DNA of 32,000 nucleotides from Mucisphaera calidilacus (GTDB lineage: Bacteria; Planctomycetota; Phycisphaerae; Phycisphaerales; Phycisphaeraceae): contig NZ_CP036280.1 of assembly GCF_007748075.1 (NCBI RefSeq), positions 2,400,001 through 2,432,000 of the forward strand. Reading direction: 5' to 3'. The position numbers were made by a program, and so were the translations under genes. Below are positions 10,831 through 20,687 of the stretch, one piece after another; the stretch's first letter is position 1, and each line of letters begins with the position of its first letter. The notes under the pieces were generated by a model. That model made no database searches. It saw only the letters and a program-made list of their open reading frames with translations, and was not told where the DNA came from.

Positions 10831-13118
10831 CCCGTCGCTCCGTCCGCCAGCACCACACGCATCACCCTCGGCTCGAGACACGCACCCTCCGTGCACGCCT
10901 GCACCACCACCTCAAGCTCAGGCAGAACACCCTCGCCCGTGAGACGCACCGGCACCTCGACCCGACCCTCATAAACCGTCAGCGACGCGCCCGACAACGC
11001 CGTCTGCTTCCCAACACCCTCAGGCCAGTCCGCCTCCACCTCATAACCCGAATCGCCACGCACTCCCACCGCCACAGGCTTCACGCCCGCCAGCCGAACC
11101 CCCTGCTCCGGCGCCTGAACGTAATACCCCGCCGCGATCTCAAAACGCAGCTGATACCCCTCACCATCACGCTCCGCCGACACCCGCACCGGCTCATCAC
11201 CCCCGCCGCCCGCCGCCGCGACACGCTCCGCATCATGGCCGATCGCACGCAACAAAGCGTGCTGCATGTGCACCATCACCATCCCGATCTGACCCAGCGA
11301 CGCAGCAAAACCACCCAGAAGCGACAACACACGCTCGAAGTAAACCCCCTCACCCGTGATCTCATACAGATCCAGCAGGTTGTGCGCCATCTGCGCATTG
11401 CCCGAAGGCACCGCGCCATCCTGACGCACACGCGTCCGCACAAACATCCCCACCGCCCCCGCCGGGCTGTCAAAGTACCCCCCACCCTCAGCCGCAAAAC
11501 GTTTCTCCACCTCATCCACCAGCCGCCGCGCCTCCGCGAGATAACCGCCCTCGCCAGGCAGAGCACGCTCCAGCTCCAACAAACCCGCAATCACGAACGC
11601 ATAATCATCCAGGTACCCCGCGATCTGCTTCCGCCCGCCACGCATCGACCGATACAAACCACCCGCCCCGTCACCCAGCTCACGCAGCACCGCCTCCATC
11701 CCACGCCGCGCCATGTCCAGCATCCCCTCGTCACCCAGCACACGCGCACACCGCGCCAGACCCACGATCGCCATCCCGTTCCAACTCGCCAGCACCTTGT
11801 CGTCCGTCGAAGGCTGCTCACGACCCATCCGCTCCACCAGCATCACCCGACGCGCCTCCCCCAGACGCTCCAGAAACGCCGCCTCCGTCAGACCCTCACG
11901 CTGCGCAACCTCATCAAACTGGTAAGGCAGACACAACACGTTCGCCGGCTCATCCTCCGGGTGATGCGGGTCCTGGAAATTCGGCCCCAGATCCAGACCG
12001 TAAACACGCTCCGCAAAACCCCGAAGCGCCCCGTCCTCAAACACACCCTCCAGCTCCTCACGACGCCACAGGTAGTTCCCGCCCTCACGAGCATCCACCT
12101 CCGCGTCCTGCGCCGACCAGAACGCACCCGAAGCATCCGTCATCTCACGCAGGAGATAACCCGCCGTCTCACGCACCACCAACGCATACAACGACGCGCT
12201 CGGATGATCAGGCGACAACGCCAGAGCATCACCGTACAACGCCAACAGCTGACCGTTGTCATAAAGCATCTTCTCGAAGTGCGGCACCAGCCACTTCTCA
12301 TCCACCGAGTAACGATGGAACCCCCCGCCGATCTGATCGTACAACCCGCCCCGCGCCATGCGGTCCAGCGTCTGGTGCACGTGCGCCAGCAACTCCTCGT
12401 TACCCGTCGCCGACGCCACCGTCATCTCAAAACCGATCAGCGACGCCTGCGGGAACTTCGGCGAACCCCCGAACCCGCCGTAACGACCGTCCGCCTGCGT
12501 CAGCATCTGATCCACCACCGACTGAACCACCGACGCGTCCAGCTTCCCCGACTCCGAACCACCCGCATACTGCCCGCGAATCATTCCCGCCAGCTGACGC
12601 GCCTGCTCCAGAACCTCCTCACGCTGATCCGACCACGCCTTCGATAATCCCTCCGCCACCTGAGGAAAACTCGGCATCCCCTGCGCCGGCTCAGGCGGCA
12701 GATACGTCGCACCCCAGAACGGCTTCAACCCCGGATCACCCTCGCCCTCCGCCCCCGGAGGCGTCAAAAACACACTCATCGGCCAGCCGCCCCGACGCGT
12801 CATCGCCTGCACCGCCGTCATGTAAACATCATCAACGTCAGGCCGCTCCTCTCGATCTACCTTCACGTTGATAAACCAACGGTTCATCAGCACAGCCATC
12901 TCAGGCCGCTCGAAAATCTCCCGCTCCATCACATGACACCAGTAACACGTCGAATAACCCACCGACAGGAAAATCGGCTTCCCCTCTCGACGCGCCGCCT
13001 CGAACGCCTCCTCACCCCATGGATACCAGTCGACGGGATTCCCCGCGTGCTGCAGCAGATAAGGACTCGTCTCGCGCGCCAGTCGATTCTCAGCCGGGCT
13101 GTCCGTGGGTTGTGTCAT
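10827..13118 (-). CDS. DUF255 thioredoxin-domain protein (YyaL/SSP411-like) with six-hairpin domain and C-terminal DsbD-N-like extension
   Basis: N-terminus [58 protein letters not shown] is the DUF255 signature. The central region looks like an N-acylglucosamine-2-epimerase-type alpha-toroid. The last ~110 aa end in [14 protein letters not shown]. Confidence 0.85.
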   Translation of the reverse strand: MTQPTDSPAENRLARETSPYLLQHAGNPVDWYPWGEEAFEAARREGKPIFLSVGYSTCYWCHVMEREIFERPEMAVLMNRWFINVKVDREERPDVDDVYMTAVQAMTRRGGWPMSVFLTPPGAEGEGDPGLKPFWGATYLPPEPAQGMPSFPQVAEGLSKAWSDQREEVLEQARQLAGMIRGQYAGGSESGKLDASVVQSVVDQMLTQADGRYGGFGGSPKFPQASLIGFEMTVASATGNEELLAHVHQTLDRMARGGLYDQIGGGFHRYSVDEKWLVPHFEKMLYDNGQLLALYGDALALSPDHPSASLYALVVRETAGYLLREMTDASGAFWSAQDAEVDAREGGNYLWRREELEGVFEDGALRGFAERVYGLDLGPNFQDPHHPEDEPANVLCLPYQFDEVAQREGLTEAAFLERLGEARRVMLVERMGREQPSTDDKVLASWNGMAIVGLARCARVLGDEGMLDMARRGMEAVLRELGDGAGGLYRSMRGGRKQIAGYLDDYAFVIAGLLELERALPGEGGYLAEARRLVDEVEKRFAAEGGGYFDSPAGAVGMFVRTRVRQDGAVPSGNAQMAHNLLDLYEITGEGVYFERVLSLLGGFAASLGQIGMVMVHMQHALLRAIGHDAERVAAAGGGGDEPVRVSAERDGEGYQLRFEIAAGYYVQAPEQGVRLAGVKPVAVGVRGDSGYEVEADWPEGVGKQTALSGASLTVYEGRVEVPVRLTGEGVLPELEVVVQACTEGACLEPRVMRVVLADGATG

Positions 13119-13148
13119 GCCCGCATCATAGGGCCTGCACCACGACCG

Positions 13149-14189
13149 TTAGCTCAACGCCCCCGTGCACGACGAACCCGCACCCGCCGTGCACCCGAAA
13201 CAATGCGTCCCCGTCCGGATCGAACGCCCCACCAGCTCGTCCACCGAATAATCCCACAGCTTCCGGCTCTCCGTCTCCACCTCATGCTCGTCCGCGCCCG
13301 CCCCGTACCGATCCGGCTCAATCGGCATCTGCAACATCTGATTGAAATCACAGTCGTACACCGAACCCAGCCACCCCACCGACACCAGCGAACGACACAT
13401 CACCGCCTCAACGTTCACCGAATGATGCGCACCCATCAGCTTCCCGATGTACGCCTCGTACGCGCCATCCCGACGCAGCGCGTGCTCGAAACGCTTGATC
13501 GGCATGTTCGTGATCGTCCACAACCGGTTGAACCGAATCCCGAAATGCTCGAGCAGATACGCCTTGTAATCACCCTCAAGGCGCTCCTGCGCAGGCGGCA
13601 GACCATAACCCACCGGGTTGTAAACCAGGTCCAGCCGCAAATCACGCCCCGGCGCCCCATACCCCGCCTCGTTGAGCACCCGCAGCGCCTCGATCGAACC
13701 CTCATACACCCCCGACCCACGCTGCTTGTCGACGTTGTCCTCCAGGTAACAAGGCAGCGACGCCGTCACCTCCACCCCGTGCTCCGCCAGAAAACCCGCC
13801 ATATCCTCATACCCCGGCTCCAGCAGAATCGTCAGGTTGCACCGATCAATCACGTGCAACCCACGCGCACGCAGCTCACCCACCAGCCAACGAAACGCAG
13901 GGTTCATCTCCGGCGCACCGCCCGTCAGATCAACCACCTCAAACCCCGCCGACGAACCCGCACCATCGAGCCATCCCAGAATCCGCTCCATCACCCCACG
14001 CGTCATCACCTCCGTCCGCTTCGGACCCGCCTCCACGTGACAGTGATGACACGCAAGATTGCACATCTTCCCGAGGTTCAGCTGCAGCGTCGTCAGCCGC
14101 TCACGACGAAGCTCCAGCCCGTCCGCACGCAGACGCTCGCCAAACAGATCATCCCCGCCCAACACCGATAGCGACACCGACTGGCTCAT
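13149..14189 (-). CDS. arsS: Radical SAM/Cys-rich protein, ArsS-type (arsenosugar biosynthesis)
   Basis: CxxxCxxC cluster in LNLGKMCNLACHHCHVEAGP, plus a C-terminal Cys-rich tail THCFGCTAGAGSSCTGAL. The gene is adjacent to and coupled with arsM. The ATG at 14189 shares one nt with the arsM TGA (TGATG). Confidence 0.8.
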   Translation of the reverse strand: MSQSVSLSVLGGDDLFGERLRADGLELRRERLTTLQLNLGKMCNLACHHCHVEAGPKRTEVMTRGVMERILGWLDGAGSSAGFEVVDLTGGAPEMNPAFRWLVGELRARGLHVIDRCNLTILLEPGYEDMAGFLAEHGVEVTASLPCYLEDNVDKQRGSGVYEGSIEALRVLNEAGYGAPGRDLRLDLVYNPVGYGLPPAQERLEGDYKAYLLEHFGIRFNRLWTITNMPIKRFEHALRRDGAYEAYIGKLMGAHHSVNVEAVMCRSLVSVGWLGSVYDCDFNQMLQMPIEPDRYGAGADEHEVETESRKLWDYSVDELVGRSIRTGTHCFGCTAGAGSSCTGALS

Positions 14190-15373
14190 CAGCAGCACCC
14201 GTCCGGACCGCAGCACGAGTCCGCTTCCGTCGTCACGTCGTAGTCCGCACCCTTCGTCTCACGCGGGTGACGCAACGCCCGACGCGAACAGTCATACAAC
14301 TCCGCCTCCTCCAGCGGGATCTCGTGAACCGGATCGATCCCGATCACCTGAACGCCATAAGGCCCGTGCTCGTTCGTCATCAAACGATACGTCTTGTCGC
14401 ACACCGCCACACGCTCCCCGCGACGGAACACGTGACCATCATCATCACGCACCTCACGCCACGGACCCTTGTAAACCACCGCCTGCTTCCGCTCCAGACA
14501 AACACCCTGCTTGCCCTTGTGCGCCACCACCGTCATCGCACGGAACTCAACCCCCTCGATCGTCTGCCACGGCTCCCCGCTACGCTCCAGGATCTCGATC
14601 CCGTAAAAACCCGCGTCCGCAAAACGCCGGAGAAAATCACCCTCCACAAACGCGCCCGACACACAGCCCGACCACAGCTTCGGATCATTCATGATCGACT
14701 CGGTAGGCGGCTCATCACACACGATGTCCGAAATCACCGCACGCCCGCCCACACGCAGCACACGAAAGATCTCGTCGAACAGCTTCGCCTTCTCTTCCGG
14801 CTTCACGAGATTCAGCACGCAGTTCGACACCACCACGTCCACCGACTCCGTCTCGATCATCGGCTCCTCGCGACGCAGCCGGTCGCACGCCGCCTCGAAC
14901 GCCGCCAGATCCTCAACACTCGAAACCGCACCCCCCGCCAGCACCGCCTGAGCCTTGTCCAGATCCAACGCCAGGTCCTGAATCCGCCCCTTCACAAACC
15001 GCGTGTTCGCGTACCCCAGCTTCTCCGCCATCTCCGCCTGATACTTCCGCGCCAGCCCCAGCATCGCGTCATTGAAATCCACGCCGATCACCCGGCCGTC
15101 CGCACCCACCTCACGCGCCATCAGGTAGCACGCCTTGCCACCCCCCGAACCCAGATCCACCACCGACTCGCCACGCTTCACGTAACGCGTCGGATCACCA
15201 CACCCGTAATCCTTCTCGATGATCTCCGCGGGCAACAGCTTCAACCGCTCCGGGTCATACGTCGTCGCACAGCAAAGCGACGACTCGCACGCCGCCGCAC
15301 CCTCCGCGTAACGCTCCCGGACCTCACGCTCAACGTCATATCCCGACGACCGACCAACCGTGCCACTGCTCAT
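14189..15373 (-). CDS. arsM: Arsenite S-adenosylmethionine methyltransferase
   Basis: SAM motif VVDLGSGGGKACYLMA. The conserved ArsM cysteine contexts are present (SSLCCATTYD, DYGCGDP, SNCVLNLV, WSGCVSGA), as is a Cys-rich C-terminus CCGPDGCC. ATG 15373 was chosen; the ORF-track start at 15397 is a GTG. Confidence 0.8.
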   Translation of the reverse strand: MSSGTVGRSSGYDVEREVRERYAEGAAACESSLCCATTYDPERLKLLPAEIIEKDYGCGDPTRYVKRGESVVDLGSGGGKACYLMAREVGADGRVIGVDFNDAMLGLARKYQAEMAEKLGYANTRFVKGRIQDLALDLDKAQAVLAGGAVSSVEDLAAFEAACDRLRREEPMIETESVDVVVSNCVLNLVKPEEKAKLFDEIFRVLRVGGRAVISDIVCDEPPTESIMNDPKLWSGCVSGAFVEGDFLRRFADAGFYGIEILERSGEPWQTIEGVEFRAMTVVAHKGKQGVCLERKQAVVYKGPWREVRDDDGHVFRRGERVAVCDKTYRLMTNEHGPYGVQVIGIDPVHEIPLEEAELYDCSRRALRHPRETKGADYDVTTEADSCCGPDGCC

Positions 15374-15456
15374 GCTCTTCGTTCCCTTGACGCACACAAA
15401 AGTACCGGGCTCCCCACAAGTCTAGCCAACCACCAACACCCCCGGAATGTTCCGTT

Positions 15457-16299
15457 TTATTCACACACTTTCGCCGAGCCCTGCCACGCCGACACCCGCT
15501 CCCACACCCACGCCCCCACCAGCCCGCCCAGCAACGGCCCCACCGTATAAACCCAGAACCCCCCTCTCGGCCCGGGAAACGCCGTCTCACCCCAGCCCGC
15601 CACAAACGCCACCGCCCTCGGCCCCAGATCCCGCGCCGGGTTCAAACCCGCCTGCGTCAGCGGAGCCACCAGACAGACGATCGCCGCCACCGTGAAACCC
15701 ACCGCCCACGGCACACCCGACGCCGCCGGCACACACGCCGCATGACGCTCACGCGTGTCCGTCAGACAAAACACCATCCCCACCAGCAACGCCGTCCCCA
15801 CCAGCTCCGCCAGCAACGCACCCCACACCGAAACCAGCCCCCAGCGATCCACCCAGCCCGCCGAACCCTCCGGATTCGGGAAATACATCCCGTACATGCT
15901 CGCCGTCGCCGCCCCACCCGCCGACGATGGGTCAATCCCCGCCGACGCATGAAACGCCTCGATCATCCCCCCGTACATCACGTTCAACAGCCACGCCGCC
16001 AAAGCCGCACCCGCCAGCTGCGCCGCCACGTACCCCGGCACCTTCGCCCACGAAAAACCACGCCACACCGCGAACGCCACCGTCACCGCGGGATTCAGAT
16101 GCGCCCCCGATACCGCCGCCGACACATAAATCCCGAACGTCACCGCCAGACCCCACACCGCCGCCACCTGCCACAAACCCGACATCGCCCCCGTCAGCAC
16201 CGCCGCATGAACCGCCCCCAAACCAAACAACACCAGCACAAACGTGCCCAGCACCTCCCCCAACAACGCCGCGCGATAGTCCGGTTGACCGTCAGCCAT
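15457..16299 (-). CDS. MIP-family aquaglyceroporin (likely arsenite/metalloid channel)
   Basis: Two NPA boxes (HLNPAVTVAF and GLNPARDLGPR) and six predicted TM helices. It lies directly upstream of arsM on the same strand. Confidence 0.85.
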   Translation of the reverse strand: MADGQPDYRAALLGEVLGTFVLVLFGLGAVHAAVLTGAMSGLWQVAAVWGLAVTFGIYVSAAVSGAHLNPAVTVAFAVWRGFSWAKVPGYVAAQLAGAALAAWLLNVMYGGMIEAFHASAGIDPSSAGGAATASMYGMYFPNPEGSAGWVDRWGLVSVWGALLAELVGTALLVGMVFCLTDTRERHAACVPAASGVPWAVGFTVAAIVCLVAPLTQAGLNPARDLGPRAVAFVAGWGETAFPGPRGGFWVYTVGPLLGGLVGAWVWERVSAWQGSAKVCE

Positions 16300-16327
16300 G
16301 ACCGAAAGCTACCAGATCAGCAACCAC

Positions 16328-16360
16328 AAAAAACGATGCCCCCGGATCACCGGAGGCATC
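16328..16360 (-). terminator. Rho-independent terminator of ilvC
   Basis: On the minus strand the hairpin is GATGCC-T-CCGG-TGAT-CCGG-G-GGCATC (16360->16335), followed by TTTTTT (16333->16328). It starts 29 nt after the ilvC stop. Confidence 0.6.
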
Positions 16361-16388
16361 GCTCAAAAATCCAACCGTCAGCAAGGAC

Positions 16389-17402
16389 TCAATCCTTGTC
16401 CAGATCCACCGGGTCCAACCAGGGCATCATCGCGCGAAGCTCCTTACCGACCTTCTCCACGCCATGCCCCTTGTTCTCCTCACGCTGCTTCTTGAACCAC
16501 GGGAAGCCCTTGGCGTAGTCGTCTCGGAACGCCTTGGCAAAACCGCCATCCTGAATGTGCTTGAGCGCCGCAGCCATACGCTGCTTCGTCGCGTCATCGC
16601 AGATCTTCGGACCGGTGTAATAATCACCGAACTCCGCCGTGTTCGAAATCGAGTAACGCATGTAGTCCAGACCACCACGCTTGATCAGATTAATGATCAG
16701 CTCCAGCTCGTGGCAGACCTCAAAGTACGCCAGCTCAGGCGGATAACCCGCCTCGGTCAGCACCTCGAAACCCTTCTTGATCGACTCGCTCAGACCGCCG
16801 CACAACACCACCTGCTCGCCGAACAGGTCCGTCTCGCACTCGTCCTTGAAACTCGTCACCAGAATGCCGCCCTTGCCCCCGCCAACGCCGATCGCCCACG
16901 CCATCGCCTTCTCACGCGCCGTGCCGCTCGCGTCCTGATGAATCGCCATCAGGCAAGGCACACCGCCACCCTTCTCAAACTCCCAACGCACCGTGTGACC
17001 CGGACCCTTCGGCGCCACCATCACCACGTCCACGTCCGCAGGCGGAGCGATCGTCTTGAAGTGCACGTTGAACCCGTGCGTGAACCCGAGCGTCATCCCC
17101 GCCGTCAGATTCGGCGCAATCGACTGCTCGTAAACATCAGGCTGAACCTCGTCAGGCAGCGTCAGAATCACCATGTCCGCCGCCTTCACCGCCTCGTCAA
17201 CCGCCATCGGCTCGAAACCATGCTCCGACGCCAGCTTGCCGTTCGCCGAGTCCTTCCGGTTCGCCACAATCACCTTCACGCCCGAGTCACGAAGGTTCTG
17301 CGCGTGCGCGTGACCCTGCGAGCCGTAGCCCAGCACCGCCACCGTCTTGCCCGAAAGCCCGTCCAGCGAGCCATCTTTGTCGTAAAGCGTCTCGATCGCC
17401 AT
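16389..17402 (-). CDS. ilvC: Ketol-acid reductoisomerase
   Basis: MAIETLYDKDGSLDGLSGKTVAVLGYGSQGHAHAQNLRDSGVKVIV is the class I KARI N-terminus. The C-terminal knot-domain motifs are also present. The ATG at 17402 removes a 32-aa Arg/Cys-rich extension from the ORF-track start. Confidence 0.95.
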   Translation of the reverse strand: MAIETLYDKDGSLDGLSGKTVAVLGYGSQGHAHAQNLRDSGVKVIVANRKDSANGKLASEHGFEPMAVDEAVKAADMVILTLPDEVQPDVYEQSIAPNLTAGMTLGFTHGFNVHFKTIAPPADVDVVMVAPKGPGHTVRWEFEKGGGVPCLMAIHQDASGTAREKAMAWAIGVGGGKGGILVTSFKDECETDLFGEQVVLCGGLSESIKKGFEVLTEAGYPPELAYFEVCHELELIINLIKRGGLDYMRYSISNTAEFGDYYTGPKICDDATKQRMAAALKHIQDGGFAKAFRDDYAKGFPWFKKQREENKGHGVEKVGKELRAMMPWLDPVDLDKD

Positions 17403-17639
17403 CGCGATCTCCCTTGCACTTAAAAGGTCCATGATCCGCCGGCAGCACCCGCGCCGCCGACTCAGCCGAGCCACATAAGCTATCCCCCCCACAAACACCG
17501 GTCAAAAACCACCGATCCCTCCCCCCATCTCGCCCCGCGAAACCTCACCCAACGACACCGCCACCCCGCCTGCCCTAATCTCTACCCCAACGCCAACCAC
17601 CGGACCGCCGACACGCTCCACCTCCACGGAGTTCAACCC

Positions 17640-18740
17640 ATGCCCGCACCAACACAACGATTCACCCTGGGCGGACAACGCATCCCTCGCGGCACCACCC
17701 GCGACATCCGACTCAAAGTCAGCGAACGCTACACAGGCGACGCCATCACACTCCCCATCCGCGTCATCCGTGGACGAAAACCCGGCCCCACCCTCTTCGT
17801 CTCCGCCGCCGTCCATGGCGAAGAGCTCAACGGCGTAGGCGTCATCCACCAGCTCATGTTCGACACCCCCCTCCCCCTCAACGCCGGAACCCTCATCCTC
17901 ATCCCCGTCGTCAACATCTTCGGCTTCGAAAACCAGAGCCGCTACATGCCCGACCGACGCGACCTCAACCGAAGCTTCCCCGGAAAACCCAACGGCAGCC
18001 TCGCCAGCCGGATCGCTCACCAGGTCTTCCAGGAAATCATCACCAAATCCGACTACGGCATCGACCTCCACACCGCCGCAGGCTCACGCACCAACTTCCC
18101 CAACGTCCGAGGCGACCTCAACGTCACCAAAGTCCGACGATTCGCTCGCGCCTTCGGTTGCGAACTCATGGTCCACGGCAGAGGACCCGAAGGCAGTCTA
18201 CGACGCGAAGCCGTCAAGGCCGGCTGCGCCGTCATCACCATCGAAGCAGGCGAACCCCTCAAAATCGAACCACGCGTCCTCGAAGCAGGCGTCCGAGGCG
18301 TACGAAACTGCCTCATCCACCTCGACATGATGACAGGCAAACCCGTCGATCCCCCCTACCAGGTCCGAATCGACCGATCCACATGGATCCGGGCCGAGGT
18401 CGGCGGCATCCTCCGTTTCCACGTCGCGCCAGGCGAAGTCGTCGAAACCGGACAGGCCATCGCCACCAACGTCAGCGTCTATGGCGAAGCCCAAAACATC
18501 CTCCACGCTCCCGCGGCCGGCATCGTCCTCGGCATGACCACACTCCCCACCGTCAAACCAGGCGAACCCGTCTGCCACCTCGCCATACCCAAAGGCGCCA
18601 CCAAAACACTCCAACGCATCTTCGCCTCCAAACAACACAAAAACTACCAGCAGATCCAGAAAGACCTCGCCACCAACGTCACCGTCAGCGAACAGGAACT
18701 CGACGTCCCCAACCTCCCCCAAGACGACGACAACACCTGA
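17640..18740 (+). CDS. Succinylglutamate desuccinylase/aspartoacylase (AstE/AspA) family zinc hydrolase
   Basis: The zinc-ligand context VSAAVHGEELNG is followed by DLNRSFPG and GIDLHT blocks typical of the M14-like AstE/AspA family. Confidence 0.8.
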   Translation: MPAPTQRFTLGGQRIPRGTTRDIRLKVSERYTGDAITLPIRVIRGRKPGPTLFVSAAVHGEELNGVGVIHQLMFDTPLPLNAGTLILIPVVNIFGFENQSRYMPDRRDLNRSFPGKPNGSLASRIAHQVFQEIITKSDYGIDLHTAAGSRTNFPNVRGDLNVTKVRRFARAFGCELMVHGRGPEGSLRREAVKAGCAVITIEAGEPLKIEPRVLEAGVRGVRNCLIHLDMMTGKPVDPPYQVRIDRSTWIRAEVGGILRFHVAPGEVVETGQAIATNVSVYGEAQNILHAPAAGIVLGMTTLPTVKPGEPVCHLAIPKGATKTLQRIFASKQHKNYQQIQKDLATNVTVSEQELDVPNLPQDDDNT

Positions 18741-18777
18741 CCTGACACCAGATGCTAAACCCCCGCCTCCCCGAATC

Positions 18778-20355
18778 TCAGTCATCCATCTCAACGATCG
18801 ACAACGACCACCCGGGAAGCTCCACCACGGCCGACGACCCCAACCAACCCGAAGCAACCGTCTTACGCTCAGGCGTCATCGGACCCTGCTCCCAGACCGA
18901 CAGCTCGGGATGATCCAGACGCACACGCGCCGTCGGCTCGATCGCCTCCTCCGCAAAGTACGTCGTCACCGTCGCCGCCTTCAAACCCTCAACACGCACC
19001 GACACCGGATCAACCCCGCGGTTCATGATCACCAGCGTCCGACCATCACCACGCCCCATCGCCGCACCATAAAGCGCCGAAACACGCTCCACGTCCTCGA
19101 TCGAAATCCCCAGATCGCCACCCCCCTCGAACACCAGCGGGTGCATCGTCTCGTGCTCCTTCGCAAGATGAGCAAGGTGCGCAAACAACTGGCCCACGCA
19201 CGACAGGTCCGCCTCCGTCTCCGAAATGTGACGACCAAGCCCCCAGCCAAGGTCCATGTTGCTGATGCTGTGATGGTTCAGAATCCCCACCGCATCAGGA
19301 CGCGACAAACCCGTCAACCAGTAAGAAGCCTGGTAAAAAGCACTCCAGGGCGTGTCCTTGGTCGCGTCCATCCACCGGTCCGAGACGCTCTCACCCGGAC
19401 GGTAGTAACCGATCACGTTGTACTCGGTGATCCACATCGGCAACCCGCCATAACGCTCCTCGATCAGGCGCGCAGCACGCTCAAGAGTCACCTGCGGGAA
19501 CGCCAGAAAAGCCGCACCACGAGCCTCATCCGTCTCATACGGATCAAGCCGGCTCTGCTGCATCACGTAGTGGTGCAGAATGATCGCGTCGACGTGCTCG
19601 TCCATGCGATCAGCCAGAACGTGCTCGTTCCAGTGCTCGAAACGCGCGTCGCCGCTCTTCTCCTGCTCCTTGGAATCATGCGCGACAAAATAATCGTCCT
19701 CACGCACAACGATGCCGATCTCGACATCCGGATAGAGCGCGCGAAGCCTCGGAGCCAACGCTACAACACGATCCGAGTACCGCCGGCCCGACTCAGCGTC
19801 AATGCCAAACTCGTTGCTCCAGAAGTAAGTCTCGTTGTCCATCTCGACATACTTCACGTCAACGCCGCGATCCTTGAGCATCCGGAACATCGCCAGCTGC
19901 GTGTCCGCACGCGTCGTGAGATTCGGAACCCACTGAGCCGCCATACCCGTCGCCGCCGTGAAGTCCGCAAAGTGGGCAGGACCCAGCAAACCCTGAGGCA
20001 ACTTCGCAACCGGGCCAACCAGCTGCAACATCCAGTTGCCTCCGTCCGCCGCCCAGATCCGGGTGATCTCGGGCACCGGCACGTAACGCGCCGTCTCCCA
20101 ATCCCAGAACGACGCCGTGCTGCCGCCGGGATAACGCATCGACGTAATCCCCAGTCCACGAACCAACGACCGGAACGCCTCGTTCGCCGGAAGGTTCTCA
20201 ACCGTGCAAACCGTGTTGTTCGCCGCGAACACACCCGGATTCATCGGGGCCCCCTCACCCACCAACACCCGCGTCTCCGACGACGACCGATGAACGCAAG
20301 CCGGAACCAGCAAGACCAACAACACGAGCAGCAACGAAGCCTGACGGTGACGCAT
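18778..20355 (-). CDS. Secreted/lipoprotein glycoside hydrolase, clan GH-A (beta/alpha)8-like
   Basis: Signal peptide with lipobox-like LLVPAC. MRYPGGSTASFWDWE near the N-terminus. A candidate acid/base Glu lies in VEMDNETYFW and a candidate nucleophile Glu in PMWITEYNV. The exact GH family was not determined. Confidence 0.6.
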   Translation of the reverse strand: MRHRQASLLLVLLVLLVPACVHRSSSETRVLVGEGAPMNPGVFAANNTVCTVENLPANEAFRSLVRGLGITSMRYPGGSTASFWDWETARYVPVPEITRIWAADGGNWMLQLVGPVAKLPQGLLGPAHFADFTAATGMAAQWVPNLTTRADTQLAMFRMLKDRGVDVKYVEMDNETYFWSNEFGIDAESGRRYSDRVVALAPRLRALYPDVEIGIVVREDDYFVAHDSKEQEKSGDARFEHWNEHVLADRMDEHVDAIILHHYVMQQSRLDPYETDEARGAAFLAFPQVTLERAARLIEERYGGLPMWITEYNVIGYYRPGESVSDRWMDATKDTPWSAFYQASYWLTGLSRPDAVGILNHHSISNMDLGWGLGRHISETEADLSCVGQLFAHLAHLAKEHETMHPLVFEGGGDLGISIEDVERVSALYGAAMGRGDGRTLVIMNRGVDPVSVRVEGLKAATVTTYFAEEAIEPTARVRLDHPELSVWEQGPMTPERKTVASGWLGSSAVVELPGWSLSIVEMDD

Positions 20356-20548
20356 GAGCTAGATCCTTGATCGGATGATTCACAAGAACTGATACAGACA
20401 GACAATCTGCCATAAGTCAATAGCATACCTCCAACAGCTCATGGCCACCACCGTCACCACCCGCCTAAACCGATACTTTCTTTCACCCCCACCCCCGGAT
20501 TCCGGGCCTCGCGCGCACAAGAACGGTCTTTGTGCGCACGTCGTGACC

Positions 20549-20639
20549 AAAAACAGGCCCGTTTTGGACCAAAACGCTCCAAATCGAACGAAAACGAACC
20601 CAAAACGCTCGAAAACGACCCGAAACGAACCCGAAAAAA
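20549..20639. repeat. Helically phased A/T-tract array (degenerate ~10.5-bp repeat)
   Basis: Tracts lie at 20549-53, 20562-65 (T), 20571-74, 20581-83, 20591-94, 20602-05, 20612-15, 20623-25 and 20634-39. The repeating unit is roughly SAAAACGMNCC. Confidence 0.6.
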
Positions 20640-20687
20640 TGTAAATTATTGCAAAGTCGTCAGACTGTGCGCGACCCACCCCGCTCA

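Noticed and set aside
10831-10896. Longer TatD N-terminus starting at 10896
   Set aside because: The extra 22 aa ([22 protein letters not shown]) lie inside the upstream gene and precede the canonical IDTHCHL N-terminus. The GTG at 10830 overlapping the upstream stop is the better start.
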